Shown here in pieces: positions 12,239 to 26,619 of a stretch of DNA of 64,000 bases. This stretch comes from Mizuhopecten yessoensis (taxonomy: Eukaryota), in the NCBI RefSeq assembly GCF_002113885.1, contig NW_018405627.1:955869-1019868 (forward strand), written 5' to 3'. Position 1 is the first letter of the stretch. Each line of letters begins with the position of its first letter. A model generated the notes under the pieces. It did not search any database. It saw only the letters and a program-made list of their open reading frames with translations, and was not told where the DNA came from. The translations under genes were made by a program, and so were the position numbers.

Positions 12239-12820
12239 AATTAACTCGATGTTTTCCCACCTTCACACTGACTTGATTACAACAATCACCTGTTGTTTAT
12301 AAAGTTTAGTTGTCAGTTACTCAGTATTTGACGCCCGATTTTATCAAATACTAAAGTACAACCTTCAAGACATATTAACTTAAATTCTTACTTCAATTGT
12401 TTCCCAGAATCACAAATTCTAAGTTAATTTCGTCACCTCGTTGATGTCTCTGTGTTTGGCTCCAGGAGATCTTGCATATTTTGTTGGCAGTAATAACTAA
12501 AATAGTGTAGCCTCAAAAGTAAGCACAATGTGTTATAATTAAATGCAAATACACGTAGGCTCCTTAAAACTGTTACAGTGCATCGAGTTCACTCTATCAC
12601 ATGGGGCACGTGCACTATGTCACGTGCATAATGTCGTCGTCGATTCTCTAATAATTACTTACAATTTGTTATGCCGCAATGTTGTTGTAATTGTATAACA
12701 ATATTATATAATATAGTTTGAGATAATTTGAGAGAGATCGTTCTGGAAGTACCGACTATTCGCGGGAAGGCAAGTGTTTCGTGTTTGTATGGGAAAACCA
12801 ACGGAAGTGCGTTTTGGAAG

Positions 12821-13031
12821 AAAATCGACTCCACCTAACTTTCCTACATCAAAAATCACATTTCTATTTGTTGTACGAAAAATGCTTAGGCAGAAGGAGA
12901 ATACATTTTACGTGCATATAGGAGGTCTGTGAAAGAAAACTTGTCCATCTTTCCAACGGTACCAAGCATTTTTCGTACAACAAATAAAAATGTGATTTTT
13001 CATGTAGGAAAGTTAGGTGGGGGTCGATTTT
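12821..13031. mobile_element. Inverted-repeat element (MITE-like)
   Basis: About 70-bp arms aaaatcgactccacctaactttcctacat… / …atgtaggaaagttaggtggggtcgatttt. Confidence 0.75.
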
Positions 13032-13071
13032 TCGACATCGAGAGCTTTCCGCCCTTGTCGTATATTATTAT

Positions 13072-13190
13072 CATTGGGGGTGGCAGTTTTACCGAAAATT
13101 GATCGAAACCTCCCAAACGTGTAAAATTACTTTGAACACCTTAGTTTAGGTCCAAATATATATAGCTGTAACAATTCATCAGGTCCCTGT
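13072..13190. mobile_element. One arm of the CACAGGG MITE family (full copy at 57484)
   Basis: Matches the right arm of 57484-57786 (ccaaacgtgtaaaattact…gctgtaacaa…ccctgtg). Confidence 0.75.
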
Positions 13191-13744
13191 GATTGAACGA
13201 CTGGAAACAAATTGCTTTTTCCGGAAATGTTGAACTAACTCATCGTCTCCCCTGTCGATGGGCAGAAGGAAAATAAAGACGAAAAAAATAAAATGAAAAA
13301 CATATAACGATTGGCAAGTTAACAGATCCTAAGTCGATCTATGAGTGGTAAGTGATAATGATACACTCGGACGGTCGTGTAGTCTTAATAGAAGTTTTGA
13401 TGACATTCCATTGCTAATCCGTCTCATATTCGTCCATTCGTATGTCTATTGATAACATTAACATTTCAGGTTTTTTCTACATGTACGGTGTATGCCCAGA
13501 CTCAATCTATTATACAGCAACTGCTTGTGCAACGGAAAAAACATTTTATGACAACAGAACATGGCGTAAGATACATGTTCGAGGTGGATGTTTAGTCCCC
13601 GAGGTTTGCTGTCACTTTGTTGCCCAAAGTTAATCTTTTCAGCAGTGACATTGTTCATAATACACATTCTTTACAAAATATTTGATTTTAAAGTAAACAG
13701 TATTCAGATCGAGAAATGCCGCTGTTCCAAGTAGAAGAGCCGAG

Positions 13745-13985
13745 CCTATAGAGTCCTTGTTTGCAAGCTCAGGAGGATAGAAGCGATAACCATGGTCAAC
13801 ACATTTCTTGTTACAAACAGCACATCCTCGATGTATCTGAATGTGGCATTGACGGATTTGGCTAGATTTATGTTACCAGTCCTGATAAGCCCATCAAATA
13901 AATTCAGCCGCACATGATAACAAAAACAACTCGGCCAAAAGAAGGGCACAGTGTGTTTCTGCAGGAATACTTATACAATTGACGA
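13745..13985 (-). mobile_element. Penelope-like reverse transcriptase remnant
   Basis: Frameshifted IPAETHCALLLAELFL and LAKSVNATFRYIEDVL resemble the PLE motifs GIPMGTNCAPLLADLFL and FRYIDDVL. Confidence 0.6.
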
Positions 13986-14144
13986 AAGTACTACTTTACT
14001 TGCATCAGTGATGCTGATTATGATAGAGTTAAAACTGGGTTTTTGTGTGTGTTTCTCTGCATGGTTGATATAGAGATAATCAGCGATTGTTTTTTTTATT
14101 GTTCTCACCGCTTAATGCAACAAAAGCTCTCCGGGAACCTATAG

Positions 14145-14326
14145 CGTCTTTGCGTATTGCAGAGTTATCTTCTCTTGGGAGCAGGTATTGATTATTACGT
14201 CATTGGTTTGTATGAGAAAATTACGTCGTTTTCTCAAAAATTGATGACGTAACTCTCACAAACAAATGACGTACCAATCAATACCTGCTCCCAAGAGAAG
14301 ATAACTCTGCAATATGCAAAGACGGA
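14145..14326. mobile_element. Palindromic MITE, copy 2 of 3
   Basis: Same sequence family as 10258-10443. Confidence 0.9.
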
Positions 14327-15029
14327 TTTACTAGTCTAATACAGAACACTTCGATCAATTATACAGTCTACACTGTATTATTGCTGCAATCGATGTAAAG
14401 GGTTTCAAAGCATCATTATCTGAACGTGTTTGTACGCGATAATTGTATTGACGTTAACGAATATCTTTGTGCTTTGATTTGTCTTCATACTATTACCATG
14501 AATGCCTCTACCTCTTGGCGTGGCAAAGGAGACAGCAGACTTATTCGAAATCTCGCAAAATAAATTTTCAATTCCTGTTTGTGTTCAAAACAAACGTAGC
14601 CTTTATTAGACTTAATAAGAGTTTACAAAACATATGCGTACAATGTGAAAACAATCGGGTCATAATTTGCCAGATTACGCCAATATCGCATTTTAAATAT
14701 TTTCACGAACAAACAAGAGAACGACATATTAAGGCACGGGATGATGGTGCCACTTTGTGATAGACTTAGACACGACAGTTACAAAAATGTAAATGCACGC
14801 TACATTTTTTTTTTATACATTTTGCTTATTATATGAAAATACTGATATTAATATCTTTCGTGTTAATTAACCGTTTTTATGGCAAGATGAACTGTAAATT
14901 GCAATTTTAAGTCGATAATGCGTCAATATTGTACTAGCGAAATATTTTTCTTTTCTAATTGATCATGGGAATATCGTTTGGATAAATAAATAAACAGATA
15001 TAAAATACGAAGTTAGAACACAGCGATTG

Positions 15030-15260
15030 AGACTTAGTCAGTCCTGGATAGCTCACTTGCCTTTCACCAAGGCGGCCTGGGTTCGATTCGGGATTCGACG
15101 TAAAAAGTATGGGGTCACTTGCCGGACACGTGGGTTTTCTCCGGGTACTCCGGTTTTCTGCCACATTAACACCTCCTCGCGCTGACATCCGGGCCAACAA
15201 GAGTGAATAGTATAAGCTGCAAAAACGTGTTTCATAATTTTTGTAAAATAAATAAAGCTT
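15030..15260 (+). mobile_element. tRNA-derived V-SINE
   Basis: tRNA-like head (ctttcacc…GGTTCGATTC) followed by the V-domain GTGGGTTTTCTCCGGGTACTCCGGTTTTCTGCCACA. Confidence 0.8.
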
Positions 15261-16566
15261 ATATTTATATGAACATATTTCCAAGCTGCTGAGGCTTATT
15301 TAACATATCATGTCTAAAGGGTTCGAAATTATTCCCAGATAAATAACGAAAAGTACGGATGCCTGTTGATTAATTTATTACTTTACAAATGAATTTTTAT
15401 TGCCGCAACAGAAAAATGAAAAAAAAAAAATAATGTTACAAAATTGATAAATAATGAACAATCTTCATTATAGTTATTCCAGCATTGATTAAAATATTTA
15501 TACAAAAATCAAAAGCGATTATGCAATTTTCAAAATTTAATTGTAACGGTCGTTGAAAACATACAATTTTAAGAAAATTAGAACTGATTTTTGCTCGTTT
15601 TTCTTCTTTACCCTACAACTAGCACAATCCTGATATGCAAACAATATACATACAAAAAGTGTAACTCAGAGTAGACTTATATTTCTCGATAAACTAGTGA
15701 AAGTGAATTAATGTACATCTGTAACAAGATCGGAAAATCACGAAAACGTTTCAGTTGAATATCCGGTTTATACCACAATTCATATATTGAAGTTTTTAAT
15801 CTTTTTATCAAATGTATTTTAACTTCTTAAAGTGGGAAATAATTCGATTTGATTAAGATGTGATAATACCAGTGCCACGTTAAATTTTGTGACGTCACGA
15901 TGCATTCTGTTACTATTTTCATCATTATTTTAGATTGAACTATCTTAGTATTAAAAAATTAACAATCTGCAACATACGTTTCATTTCATCTGTAAACGTG
16001 TGCGTGTTTTTCAAATTCAAGAACTGATTTGGGCAACAATGTACAATCATAATCTACTCGAATATTTGGAACACATTATAAAACATTTTCTAAACTGATA
16101 CTAATTTGATGATAGAAAAATATCAAAAATTACTGCAACAACAAAAAAAATGACGTCAACATCAAGCCTATGGTAGTTTGTACTTAAATTTTGTCATAAT
16201 TTACACAACTAAAACATTGCAAGAAACACGTGGGAAAATATTGAAAAAACAAATCATTATATACATGTATCTACTTGTTAGCATAATATTTCAAGTTACG
16301 ATGTAAACCCTTAAATAACCATACGGAATCAAAATTTCGATAAAATAATAGAAAGATAAAAAAAACTTTGAACGATGTTCAGGACTTTCCCTCGCACTAT
16401 TCGAGACTGAACTTGTTGTGGACTGTAATTCAACGTTTGACAAAAATTCCCGGATTTTCTGCAATTGATGTTTGTCACATAGAAGGATGGACACTACAAA
16501 CAATACGACATACATTGTTCCTATTGTACCCGGTAAAACTGTTAAACAAAAGACAATACATAAAAC

Positions 16567-17844
16567 TCAAGACTTACTCTTGAAAAAGCCATCAACAAAT
16601 ACACTATCCGTTATCACAATATTTGCCACCAAGAAAAACCAGAAACAGAAGAAGTCAATCGCTGACGTCACATCCGGCCAAGTCAACTCCAGTTCTACGA
16701 ACGGTTTCACAGGCGAAAGCTTTGCTTGGTCTTCCAACGGGGATTTTCCCATTTTTCCTTTGCCATTCGAAACGGTAGCCTCAATTTTACTCAGGTCCTG
16801 AACTTTCTTATTCGACTTGTGGCACCGCAACGCTTTGCTTAAGCGAACGATCATTTTTGCTAACATGGGTACTTCAGTATCACGATAGTGAAGTCGAAGC
16901 TCCAAAGTAGTGATCATGACAATTGCAGTGCCCAAAGACAGGAGTAATATAAGATACAAACTTAATAGCGACATCGAAGAACTAACTGGAAGTGACGCAC
17001 TTACAATTGTTAGAAAGACAGCGAACGCCAAATATAACGTCATGATATAGCCCATCTTCTCACCACTATCAACAGGTAAGGCAAAAACGAACACAGACAG
17101 CAGTGACAACATTATGATGGGAAGCACGACATTGTAAAGAATGTACTGAGGTTTCCTCTTTACCGTGATAGAGAATGTAACAATAGCTCCCTCCTGCTGT
17201 GATTCTGAAGATTTGGCAGACGTTGTTAGGAGATCCCATTCGCCATTGGTCTGATACTCATCAAGTAAGATACCTTTACTCCCTAGCTCGACGTCAACGT
17301 CACTCAGCGGGCTAGTCCAAACACCAAATTTGATGTCGCATGTTTGTTTGTCAAAAGGGAAATATTGTATATTAATCGAACATTTCGTCTCAAACACCTC
17401 GTACGGACGCCAATTGACTAGGCCTTCGGCATATATTGTAGTCAGTAAAAAGTCATCCCCAAGCTCCTTCAGTTTTGTAAAACCATTTTCCAAAGCAATA
17501 TCCGGTTTCCATATATTTTTCTGTGGTACGTATATGACCTCAGTATCGTTATCAGCAGACGGGTCCCAATTGATGTAGTCGTTTATCCAATATAGCTCCA
17601 AGAATGCCGTGGAAGACATTTTTTCTTGAACCTCGTCGATGTCGGTTATTCCAACTAGATTCAAATTCACGTACATAACAGTAGGAAGTGACTGGTCTGC
17701 AGAAGGACGAACCATCTTGTTGTACGAGTTGGTTGTGAAGATGTTTGTGAGCAGGGCCTTTACATCATCATGTGTGTTCGATGTGACAGGACAAAACAAA
17801 ATGGCCACCACACCAAGCAGCAATACAAGGGAAATAGTCCTCAT
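16567..17844 (-). CDS. nAChR-like Cys-loop ligand-gated ion channel subunit A (intronless, non-alpha, about 425 aa)
   Basis: Signal peptide, YNKMVRP, IWKPDI, Cys-loop CSINIQYFPFDKQTC, RKP-M1, SGEK-M2, M3, short loop, M4 (IDFFCFWFFL); no vicinal Cys; first ATG at 17844 (the track starts at a GTG). Confidence 0.95.
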   Translation of the reverse strand: MRTISLVLLLGVVAILFCPVTSNTHDDVKALLTNIFTTNSYNKMVRPSADQSLPTVMYVNLNLVGITDIDEVQEKMSSTAFLELYWINDYINWDPSADNDTEVIYVPQKNIWKPDIALENGFTKLKELGDDFLLTTIYAEGLVNWRPYEVFETKCSINIQYFPFDKQTCDIKFGVWTSPLSDVDVELGSKGILLDEYQTNGEWDLLTTSAKSSESQQEGAIVTFSITVKRKPQYILYNVVLPIIMLSLLSVFVFALPVDSGEKMGYIMTLYLAFAVFLTIVSASLPVSSSMSLLSLYLILLLSLGTAIVMITTLELRLHYRDTEVPMLAKMIVRLSKALRCHKSNKKVQDLSKIEATVSNGKGKMGKSPLEDQAKLSPVKPFVELELTWPDVTSAIDFFCFWFFLVANIVITDSVFVDGFFKSKS

Positions 17845-19602
17845 TGTTATCACCTATTCTTCAGTTATGTAAAAGATGCTTCACAAAAGGTACCTTACAA
17901 ATTCACGCGTCTCACTTCCTTTACATGTACAGTCACTTCAAATCGGGAGTGTACGAACAATTATCTCCACTAGACTCCATAAACACAAACATGAACCGTC
18001 AATCAATAGCAATTCATAACTTCCAGCGATATATTGCCTCCTTGAATAAAACAGACACTTGCTTAATCAATGTACTAAGCTTTTTGCTAGATTTATCACA
18101 AAAAGGTCTACAATTATACGAGATACAGCAGTAGTAATTTAACAAATCGTTGCATCATCTGGAAAAACGGTCTACCTGGCGTATTTTCCGTAACGAAATC
18201 TAATATCTGAAATCGAGTTAACCATCCACGTTCTCGGTATAACGTCTCAAATATGTTAAATATACTGCGTTAATGTATCCAGTTATCGAGTAGCACAAGA
18301 ACGGGACTGAGTTTTAAAACCACGGCTTGAATGGATGTCCTACAAAATGTATATATACTTAGCCCGATAAATGTAGAGCTAGTAATTCAATCCAACCTCT
18401 AATTGCCTGTGTTATTTCAGATCTTTTTACAGTAATGATTTGAAGAGGCTATATGTTTATTCACAGCGCTCCTTACTGATGGTTCGATATATAAAAGACA
18501 CTCAAAAATAAACAGTGTGATGAATAAGATAATCATTATGTTATTATTCCCATTGTTCCGTTACACTAGCTAACAAAACAACTTAGGTTTTAAATACGTC
18601 TTGATTCAAATAGGTACCCGCCTGGTACGTGTCACTTGGCTGGTGTGTGAACAGCAATTTCACTTTATTAGTGTATTTGGTAATTATACCGCCTACTTGT
18701 AAAACTCTAAAGTGAAAACAGTGTAATTGTTTGTTGTTGAATATCCAGATTGTATTCTCTTAGTCGTATACAGAAGATTCCCAAGTCACACTGTTAATAC
18801 ACCAAGACATCAGGACGCTTAAGTTGACAATCCAATATGTAAGATATATGGGTATCTGTTCACTGAATAGTTCTGTACGTCACCAGCTGAAAAACCCGTT
18901 AATTCCTTGTTGATATTGGCTAGAACTAGTATGTAGCCGCTGTATGCGATACCTGCTTTCACTACTATAACGACCAGGCTATAGTATCATTGACTCAGAG
19001 GCACCTCTATATAGATTGGAAACGCATACACAATTGAATATCGGACATTAGTTTACTCCTTTGATATTGCTAAATTAGTACTGAATAATTAATATTTACC
19101 AGATGTTTTGATCAATTGTTATAATTAAAAAAATAATATTGAAAGAACGCTTACCTTTTATTTACATTGCCAGACATTCATATTATTTCTTTTCATTTCA
19201 CAACTTAAATAATTATCCAGAGAATATACAATCAAATAATTCTTGTAAAGCTTTTCTAACATTAATGATACTGACTTGCAAACTCATTGCCAGTCGTCTT
19301 GCCTAATGTGGTCTACAAGAAAATGCCACTTTAATATTCTTATTGATTCGTTCATGTTTTACAAATGTAATATCCTTAATTTATATTCCAATACTCTAAT
19401 ACTCTTTAGATCACACATGTCCCTATCTGTAAATACCTCTTTGAATTGAAATAAGATACTGAGAACTGTATTTGAAAAATGATGGCCTAACGGCATGCAA
19501 CCTGTGACCTTTCTAAGCAATGAACACCTTTAGCATACCCGAATATTAAGATCGCTTGTGTGATTAATGAAGAAGGCATAAATACGAATCAATATCAAAA
19601 TA

Positions 19603-19760
19603 GGTAGGAGTGGCGCAGTGGATAACGTACTCGCCTTTCACCAAGGCGACCGAGGTTTGTTTTCCCGATTGGACGTGAAACGGCATGGAGTCACCTACCC
19701 GACTGTGTAATTAAGTTGAAATTACTTATTTCCTAAATGCTGTTAAATAAATAACGTTTA
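19603..19760 (+). mobile_element. Internally deleted copy of the 15.0-kb SINE family
   Basis: Head tggcgcagtggataacgtactcgcctttcaccaaggcg… matches the 15.05-kb copy; V-domain missing. Confidence 0.65.
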
Positions 19761-22327
19761 TATTTTTGTTAATATCAAATGTATTGTATTGACTCATTGT
19801 TCATTAAAACTTAACATAAAAAAAAAGATACCGATTTGCTTTATTGAATGCAACCGAGAGAAACGAAGGAAATAAAACTGAGCAAACAGCTGGACACGAA
19901 CAAGGTAAAAAAAAGCTACTTTTACCCGTTTATAACATAAAACGTATTCAATATGACAATAAAAAACTATTTTCCTGTAGAATATCTGTACCTAGCACTT
20001 GTTGTGTGGTCAGAAAATATGATGTGAGTAATTAAGTAGAAAAATGGTTACTTCAAAGGGTTCAGATGCAAAACTGTTTATCTATAACCATCCATAAACG
20101 TAACAACAAAACACACGAAACATATTTGTTGTTGTTGTTGTTGTTGTTGTATTGTTGTTGTCTTTGGTTAATCGATTATGCATGTCTCGATTCATTAACA
20201 TCAGCAGGACTACATGCCAAAAGTTAACATGCTGAAATCACAGAAGTGTGTTGTAAATTTTATCTATAGTATAATGTATAAAAAAAATGTAATGCACTTG
20301 ATAAGTGTTATATAGTATATAAGATAATATGATAGTCATATTATTAATGGTTATTCAAAAAGATTGTGTTGTTTTAAGTTGTTTTTTATACTTTTAATTT
20401 CGTACATGTGCATGTGTTAAACGAAAGTACAGGATAAGGCTGTATGAATATATGTATTCTATGTATTCTCTAAGAGCCTGTAAATTGAATATACTTCAAA
20501 AACCCCAAGCTTACTAAGGCGAGTTTGATTATTTTCAAATGATAAATATCAAAAGACAGATACTACTCCACTCCCATAATATATCAATACATATATAGAA
20601 CTATCTAAAATAGTTATATTTAATTGAACTCAAAATAAGGTGAGGTTGACATTATATGTTTAAGTCTATGACCGTTGATTGTAGGGCCACAATATATGGC
20701 GAGTCCACCTATAGAAGCCCTAGAAGGCCTAGCGGTCGGGCGTGGATATTTATTATTTTATTCTATATATACATATACATCTCACTATGACCGTTGATTA
20801 AATGGCTACATATACCACCATTTTGGTCTACAAATAAATTACTTTCAGTCAAGCAACAATGATTCATTTATGAAATGATAGCAGACTATAATCCCCCGGA
20901 ATACATACATGGCACAAATGGAAAAGACTCAAGGGAAGAGTACACATATCGATTACGGTTATTTGATGCGAAGCAATCGACACTATGTGTTGCTTGAGCG
21001 CCCCCTTTAAATCTGGTTTCTCCAGTTGACTTAATGTATTGGTCTATGATGTATGTACACAATGCAATTAAGGTCTCTTGTATGTATTAATGGAGATCCC
21101 CGACGCCATCATTGCAGTAACGTTATTCGTACTCGAACATATTCAAACCTCATTGCACTTCTATAATGGATGTAAACTTTCATCACACCCCAAGCAAATA
21201 ACTTTTATACAACTCTATTTATGATTTGATACGCACCGAAAATGTGTTTGAAATTGAGTAATAGAACATTCTTTGTATACATGTATGCTGGTTTCATCAA
21301 CTGCGATGCCTTTGGCGAAGTAGTTTATTTATCGTATTTTTGTACATAATGATATTCAGTAAAATATTTCGTTTAAAATATATATCATAAACATGAAAAC
21401 CTCCTTTAGAGATACTTAATCAAAGTTAACAAAACTGTTCAACTTACAAAATATTCTCTAAAATGCCCTAACGTGCATCAAGGGGAATGTTTATAAGCAA
21501 TTTGATTCGATACCATTGTGTTAATTAATTGCACTTCAATCTTCAATTAAATGCCAGCTTATTGGAGGATCAATAACACCTTCAATACCAAACAATGGTT
21601 CAATTGCCTTTCTTTCTTAATGATGATAGAAGGGACATATATCGTCGCTATGTAGGTTTTCGCTTTTTAGATCTAGACCACTATATAATTTACTTCAATA
21701 TGTATTGTGAGCATTAGATATTGCTAGTTTTGCCTTTACCAACTTTAAGTAAAATAAATAGGGGGACGACGTTAGCTCTGTAAATAATAATTACCATCGG
21801 ACATTATATAAGTACAAAGTACTTGTTTCCGAATCGTTGTTGAATATATATTGAAAATGTAATGTATTGTATATTACCAGAAATAAATACGGTTTAAACT
21901 TATTACCAGAAATGTGATAAAAAGAAGCAGATAACTAAACCAAGTAACTCCTTTACTGCACCACATAGCCATATCAGTATCAGCAGTGGTCCTTACATAT
22001 GTATACAAACAAGATAAGGGGACAATTTACTGATACAAAGTAGTTTATTCAGGTATTTCCTTTGTACTTAGTTCGATTACCGTAAAACAAATTAAGTAAG
22101 GGTATAACGTTTTGTGTATTTGTGTATGTGGTACCTTATCCATTGACACTGTGATGAAAACTGACAAGTTACAGGGTTGAGATAGTTAGTAAGATTACCA
22201 CTGACAACGACAGGATAAGTTGTCTTATATAACACAATAAAAGCGCATGGTCCCACGTTCTGTCAGCATTGGCTTTCAGAAAATATTAAAGTACGATTAA
22301 ACCGTTTCAGATGTCGTTTTATATCTA

Positions 22328-22540
22328 CAGTAAAACCCCACTTCCTAGAACTCTATTTACTCGAATTCCCCTCATTCGTCGAACAGTTCGTTTGATTCCG
22401 ACCGGGTTCGTACATATTCTTTGTAAAGTAACCCCAGATTATCTAATTAGTCGAACCGTTATCCTCAAAAAACCCGTATTCCTCGGACAAAAAAATGTCC
22501 CGACTCTTCATAGTCATAGCGTGTATGCTATGTATTCGTC
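22328..22540 (+). mobile_element. Left end of a Tigger/pogo-type element
   Basis: TA|CAGTAAAACCCC terminus with TCGAA subterminal repeats; partner TIR not found. Confidence 0.45.
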
Positions 22541-23384
22541 GAACATGTGTAACCTGTCACGTCTGACATATATGTTACATGTATTACACCGACAATGCCA
22601 TCGACATGTCTCGCGGCACAGGCTGCAGTCCGGATCCACGCTCATTGTTCTTGTGCGTATACAGGTATCGACTGGACGTCAGATAATTAGAGGATTATAT
22701 AATTAATACCAGTGTCCTTTAGTAACTGTACCGTTTCCCTGTTGTCTCTGCATTACTATTTTGTGTGCATATTTATTTTTCAAGGCGATATTTTGTATGT
22801 TATTAGCCCATATTTATGCATTTTAAGAAGATAAACATCACAATACATATGCTTAACAATACAGAAAGTCAATGGGATTTGTTTTCCTAAAATACGAAAT
22901 ATTTACTCCTTGATGTCAGGATCTCAATTATATTACAATAGTATATTCAGATTATAAGACAAAATAATATGGCAATGACAATATTTGATCTGTTTTTTAA
23001 TCAGAAGTGGAGAAATTCTTAACTGTATAGCCGTACGTTTTAACGGCAGCTGTCGGTGAATTTCTAGCTAACAAAAATGTCTTTTCAGCAGGTGGTATCC
23101 ATTCACTACAACGGCCAACTGAAAGCATTTTGATGCAAAAATAAACATGTGTAAACAATCTAAACAATTCTTACCAAAATAGTATCGTTTTTTTTGTATA
23201 CATATTGAGACAATCTTATGTTACTTGTTATTGATATATTTTGTCTGTTAATGGTTCATCTTAATTATTTTCCTAATTTCGCATATCCTTAAAGTGTCCA
23301 ATAACCTGTATTTTATAATCTATTCACATTAATACATTTCGTAAAATAAAAGTTATTCAACATCTGCATTAAGTATCCCAACAT

Positions 23385-24400
23385 TGTTTGCATAAAGATG
23401 AACCTCTAAACACCGGGACACAACCTTCTGCAAGATTTTAGACAAGAAGGGTATATTTGATACTGGGCGGTAGTTCTTCGATTCCTCCTTGTCCATTCCA
23501 GGCTTCTTCAACAACGATCTTACCTGTGCCTTCTTGGAACACAATGGAACCTTTGACTCAGCCAATGATTTGTTCATGATTGAGGTAATCAAAGGAAGCA
23601 GTGCTTCAAGACACTGCTTTAATAGGTCTTAAGGAAGTGGATCAAGCTCACAGGACTTCGATTGCGAGGTCATCATGACATTGCCTAAATCGCTCTGGGT
23701 TGTTGGTGACAGCTTTGTCAATGGTTCCTCATCAAATTAGAGATATCATTGTCAACAGTAGAGTTCAATCCGCCAATATTTTCCTGATCGTGTTGAATTT
23801 ACAGAAAGTGTAATCACTGACAAGTCTTATTCAGATATACAGCTTGGCAGCTCCGAATAATAAACATTCTTTGATTAAATGAGAACCGAACCAACTAGCC
23901 GGCATTGTTCCCTATAATCTGTTGTTGTTCGGTTAATTTGGTCATTCGCCACCGTTTCTTTGATTTTCGGAGGTTCTGTTTTCCTACGCGAAGATTTTCA
24001 TTATACCACGGGACTTTCGGTCTCAGTTATCACCTTAGTCTGTAGAGGTGCGTGTTTCTCTATGAGGGCTTTAATACCAGATGTGTATGTTTCAACAAGA
24101 TCACCAACCCCACCTTCAGTAGATTGAAGGGCAGAAGAAGACTGAATATGTCATTATTGAAATTTGGTGTTGAAATTATTTTCGGAAGCTCACCTCTTTC
24201 CTTGCACGATATGACTTACATTCACTACAATTCAACATTGCGTGGACAACAAGGTGATCACCAGATATTGCTCCATTAATGACCGAGTTATCTTCCCTTG
24301 TTATGACCACATGCTGAATCAGACCGTGAGTCTAAGTGGAAATTCAGGTCACCCGTTATAATAATCTCTTGTGAATGTGCCTAATTCCATTAGTGTCAAA
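23385..24400 (-). mobile_element. L2-clade LINE ORF2 fragment (endonuclease end to RT start), degenerate
   Basis: GDLNFHLD, SCELDPLP, LLKKPGMDKEESKNYRPVSNIPFLSKILQKVV with stops and frameshifts. Confidence 0.85.
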
Positions 24401-25189
24401 CCAATAACATAGTGTACTTATTGGATGCCCTTTGCAATCAGCATATAAAAAAACTCCATTAATTTCAAAAATCACATTAAGGGGTTATACGCATATGATC
24501 AATGTATACCTCTTGATTTATGTATACTATAAACGTACACTTAAATAAGCCTATCGGAAAACTATGAACATTTACTGCGTATATATATCATACAATCGTT
24601 TCTAAAATAGGGGTTTAAACGGCCCCAGGAGCAAATAATATTAACAACAGTAATATAACGATGCGTTAAATGCTGAATAGGCCTAACTAATATTCACCAC
24701 ATTTGCATTTCTGACTCGTGATCTGAATACGTTGAATACATGTTTTGTTTGTGAACATTTTAAATGTACGTTCAATGAGGTAACCTAGCTGATCCGAACT
24801 ACTCCAACCCTTTAAAGCCCCCTGTTACTTGAGATGCAATCGTCAGCATTTCTTCACAAAGCTCTTTGTGTAAAAACCTTTTGCAGGTGATATACACTCT
24901 TTGCATGTTTTGGTTACCAGGCTAATTTAGATAATTAAGAGGTGCGCTCATCGGCCTTTTGTTACTTGGCTACAATGTATACAATTTTTTCTGGTACATG
25001 TAGGTGACATACATATTTGAATGTAGGGCTGTCAATCACTCAAATAACAAGTTAAACCATATTCAATTGGTAATACCTAAGGGAATTTGTGCGATTGTAG
25101 ATGAAAATGACCTATGTGTACATGCATTGTTTCTTTTATATTGTAAAGAAATATTGCATCATGTTTAATAATTCATATATATAATGATA

Positions 25190-25514
25190 ATAATAATAAT
25201 AATAATTCGAGTTTCTTAGGTCCTCTCAAACCGGTTCTCAAATTATTATCCTTGGTTAAAGATCCTTTGCAACCAGGCAATACCTTTCTCAACTTACTGA
25301 GAAGCATACAGCTGGTGTTGCCATTTCGGCGCTCATAGCTAGCATTCAACAATTCCAGCACTGCCCAACCACGTACTCATTTACAGCTGCGTAGACTGTA
25401 ACAAGCGGAGTAAAGTTTCTTGCTCAAAGATACAACACAGTGCCGTGCCGTGACTCGAAGCCGCAACCATTCGGTCACGAGCCCGTCGTCCTACCACTAG
25501 ACTACCGTGCCTCT
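25190..25514 (-). mobile_element. tRNA-derived CORE-SINE, copy 1
   Basis: Head ggtagtctagtggtagg…ttcgagtc, CORE-like ttgagcaagaaactttact…agctgtaaatgagtac, (TTA)n tail. Confidence 0.8.
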
Positions 25515-26619
25515 ATATCTTAAATCTTAAATATTATTAATATAAAAGAATGTTTCTTTATGTCTACCTTGTGTATTTGATAAGAATACATTTGAAATTC
25601 TTTTCAAGTCCAGATCACGTTTGCTTATATAACGTTTTGATACCTCGGCCTAACTGAACATATGACTGTCGGAGCTACCTCCCCTGTGGCTGCTAGGTGT
25701 TTTGATTAATTTTAGTTGGCGAAATGTCTGCCTCCGACAAATCTCATTATTTAACATCACATTTCGGTTAGTTAGTGAGGTTAAATAAAATGTAACTAAA
25801 ATGAGTTTGGGTTAATTATGAAATACTTGCATTGACTTATAGTTATTGAAGTTTTTTTTTAACATTGGTCATACAATAAATTGACCTTTGGATGACACAT
25901 TTACCGAATACCGATTTGTTTTCGAAATTTCTGCTATCGTCAGTCAACAAAATGTGTCAAATAGGATCCAATGTCTGTTGTAGTACAAAAACCGAAAATG
26001 TGTCTATCACTTCCGTAAAGATGCGACAACTAAAAATGTACACAACATAATAAAATTGTATGTGTGTGAGACTGCATAACCTTTTTATTTTTTCTATCTT
26101 TATAGTTGACCTCATCATGAGCACCTGACTTTAATGACGACAACTTTATTAAATGATTAAACATGACTATATGCCAAAAGGTTATTGGATTTTATTTGGA
26201 AATAGACATTGCTATAATTTGTCATTTATATGGCAAAACCGGTTCTCAAATTTTCTGATATTTTTTACCATCGTCCCTCAACATAATGCAACAACTAATA
26301 TTAAAAGATTTCTGGTGTACAAGTCCCGGAAATTGGTGTGTCCCTTCCGTAAAAATTGACAAAGCAAAAAAAAGAGTATGAAAATACCAACATTTAAGAG
26401 TTTAAGATTGCAGAACTGTTTTATCATGCAACGTTTTGTTAAATGTTTGAGTTCATAATTTGCAGCAGATCCTACTTTAAACAATATAATATTATTTGAT
26501 AGCGTAAAACATTGTTTTGATAGTTATTTGGACAAAAGAGTGAACCCTGTCGTACACCTTTGGAGGGCGGCACTAAAAAGGCCATAGCACAAGCCCCGGG
26601 GACCTATATCATGGGTCGT

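Noticed and set aside
16472-17872. Short plus-strand ORFs antisense to receptor genes (similarly at 30234, 37589, 43861-45015 and 58153-60001)
   Set aside because: Shadow ORFs of real CDSs with no independent motifs
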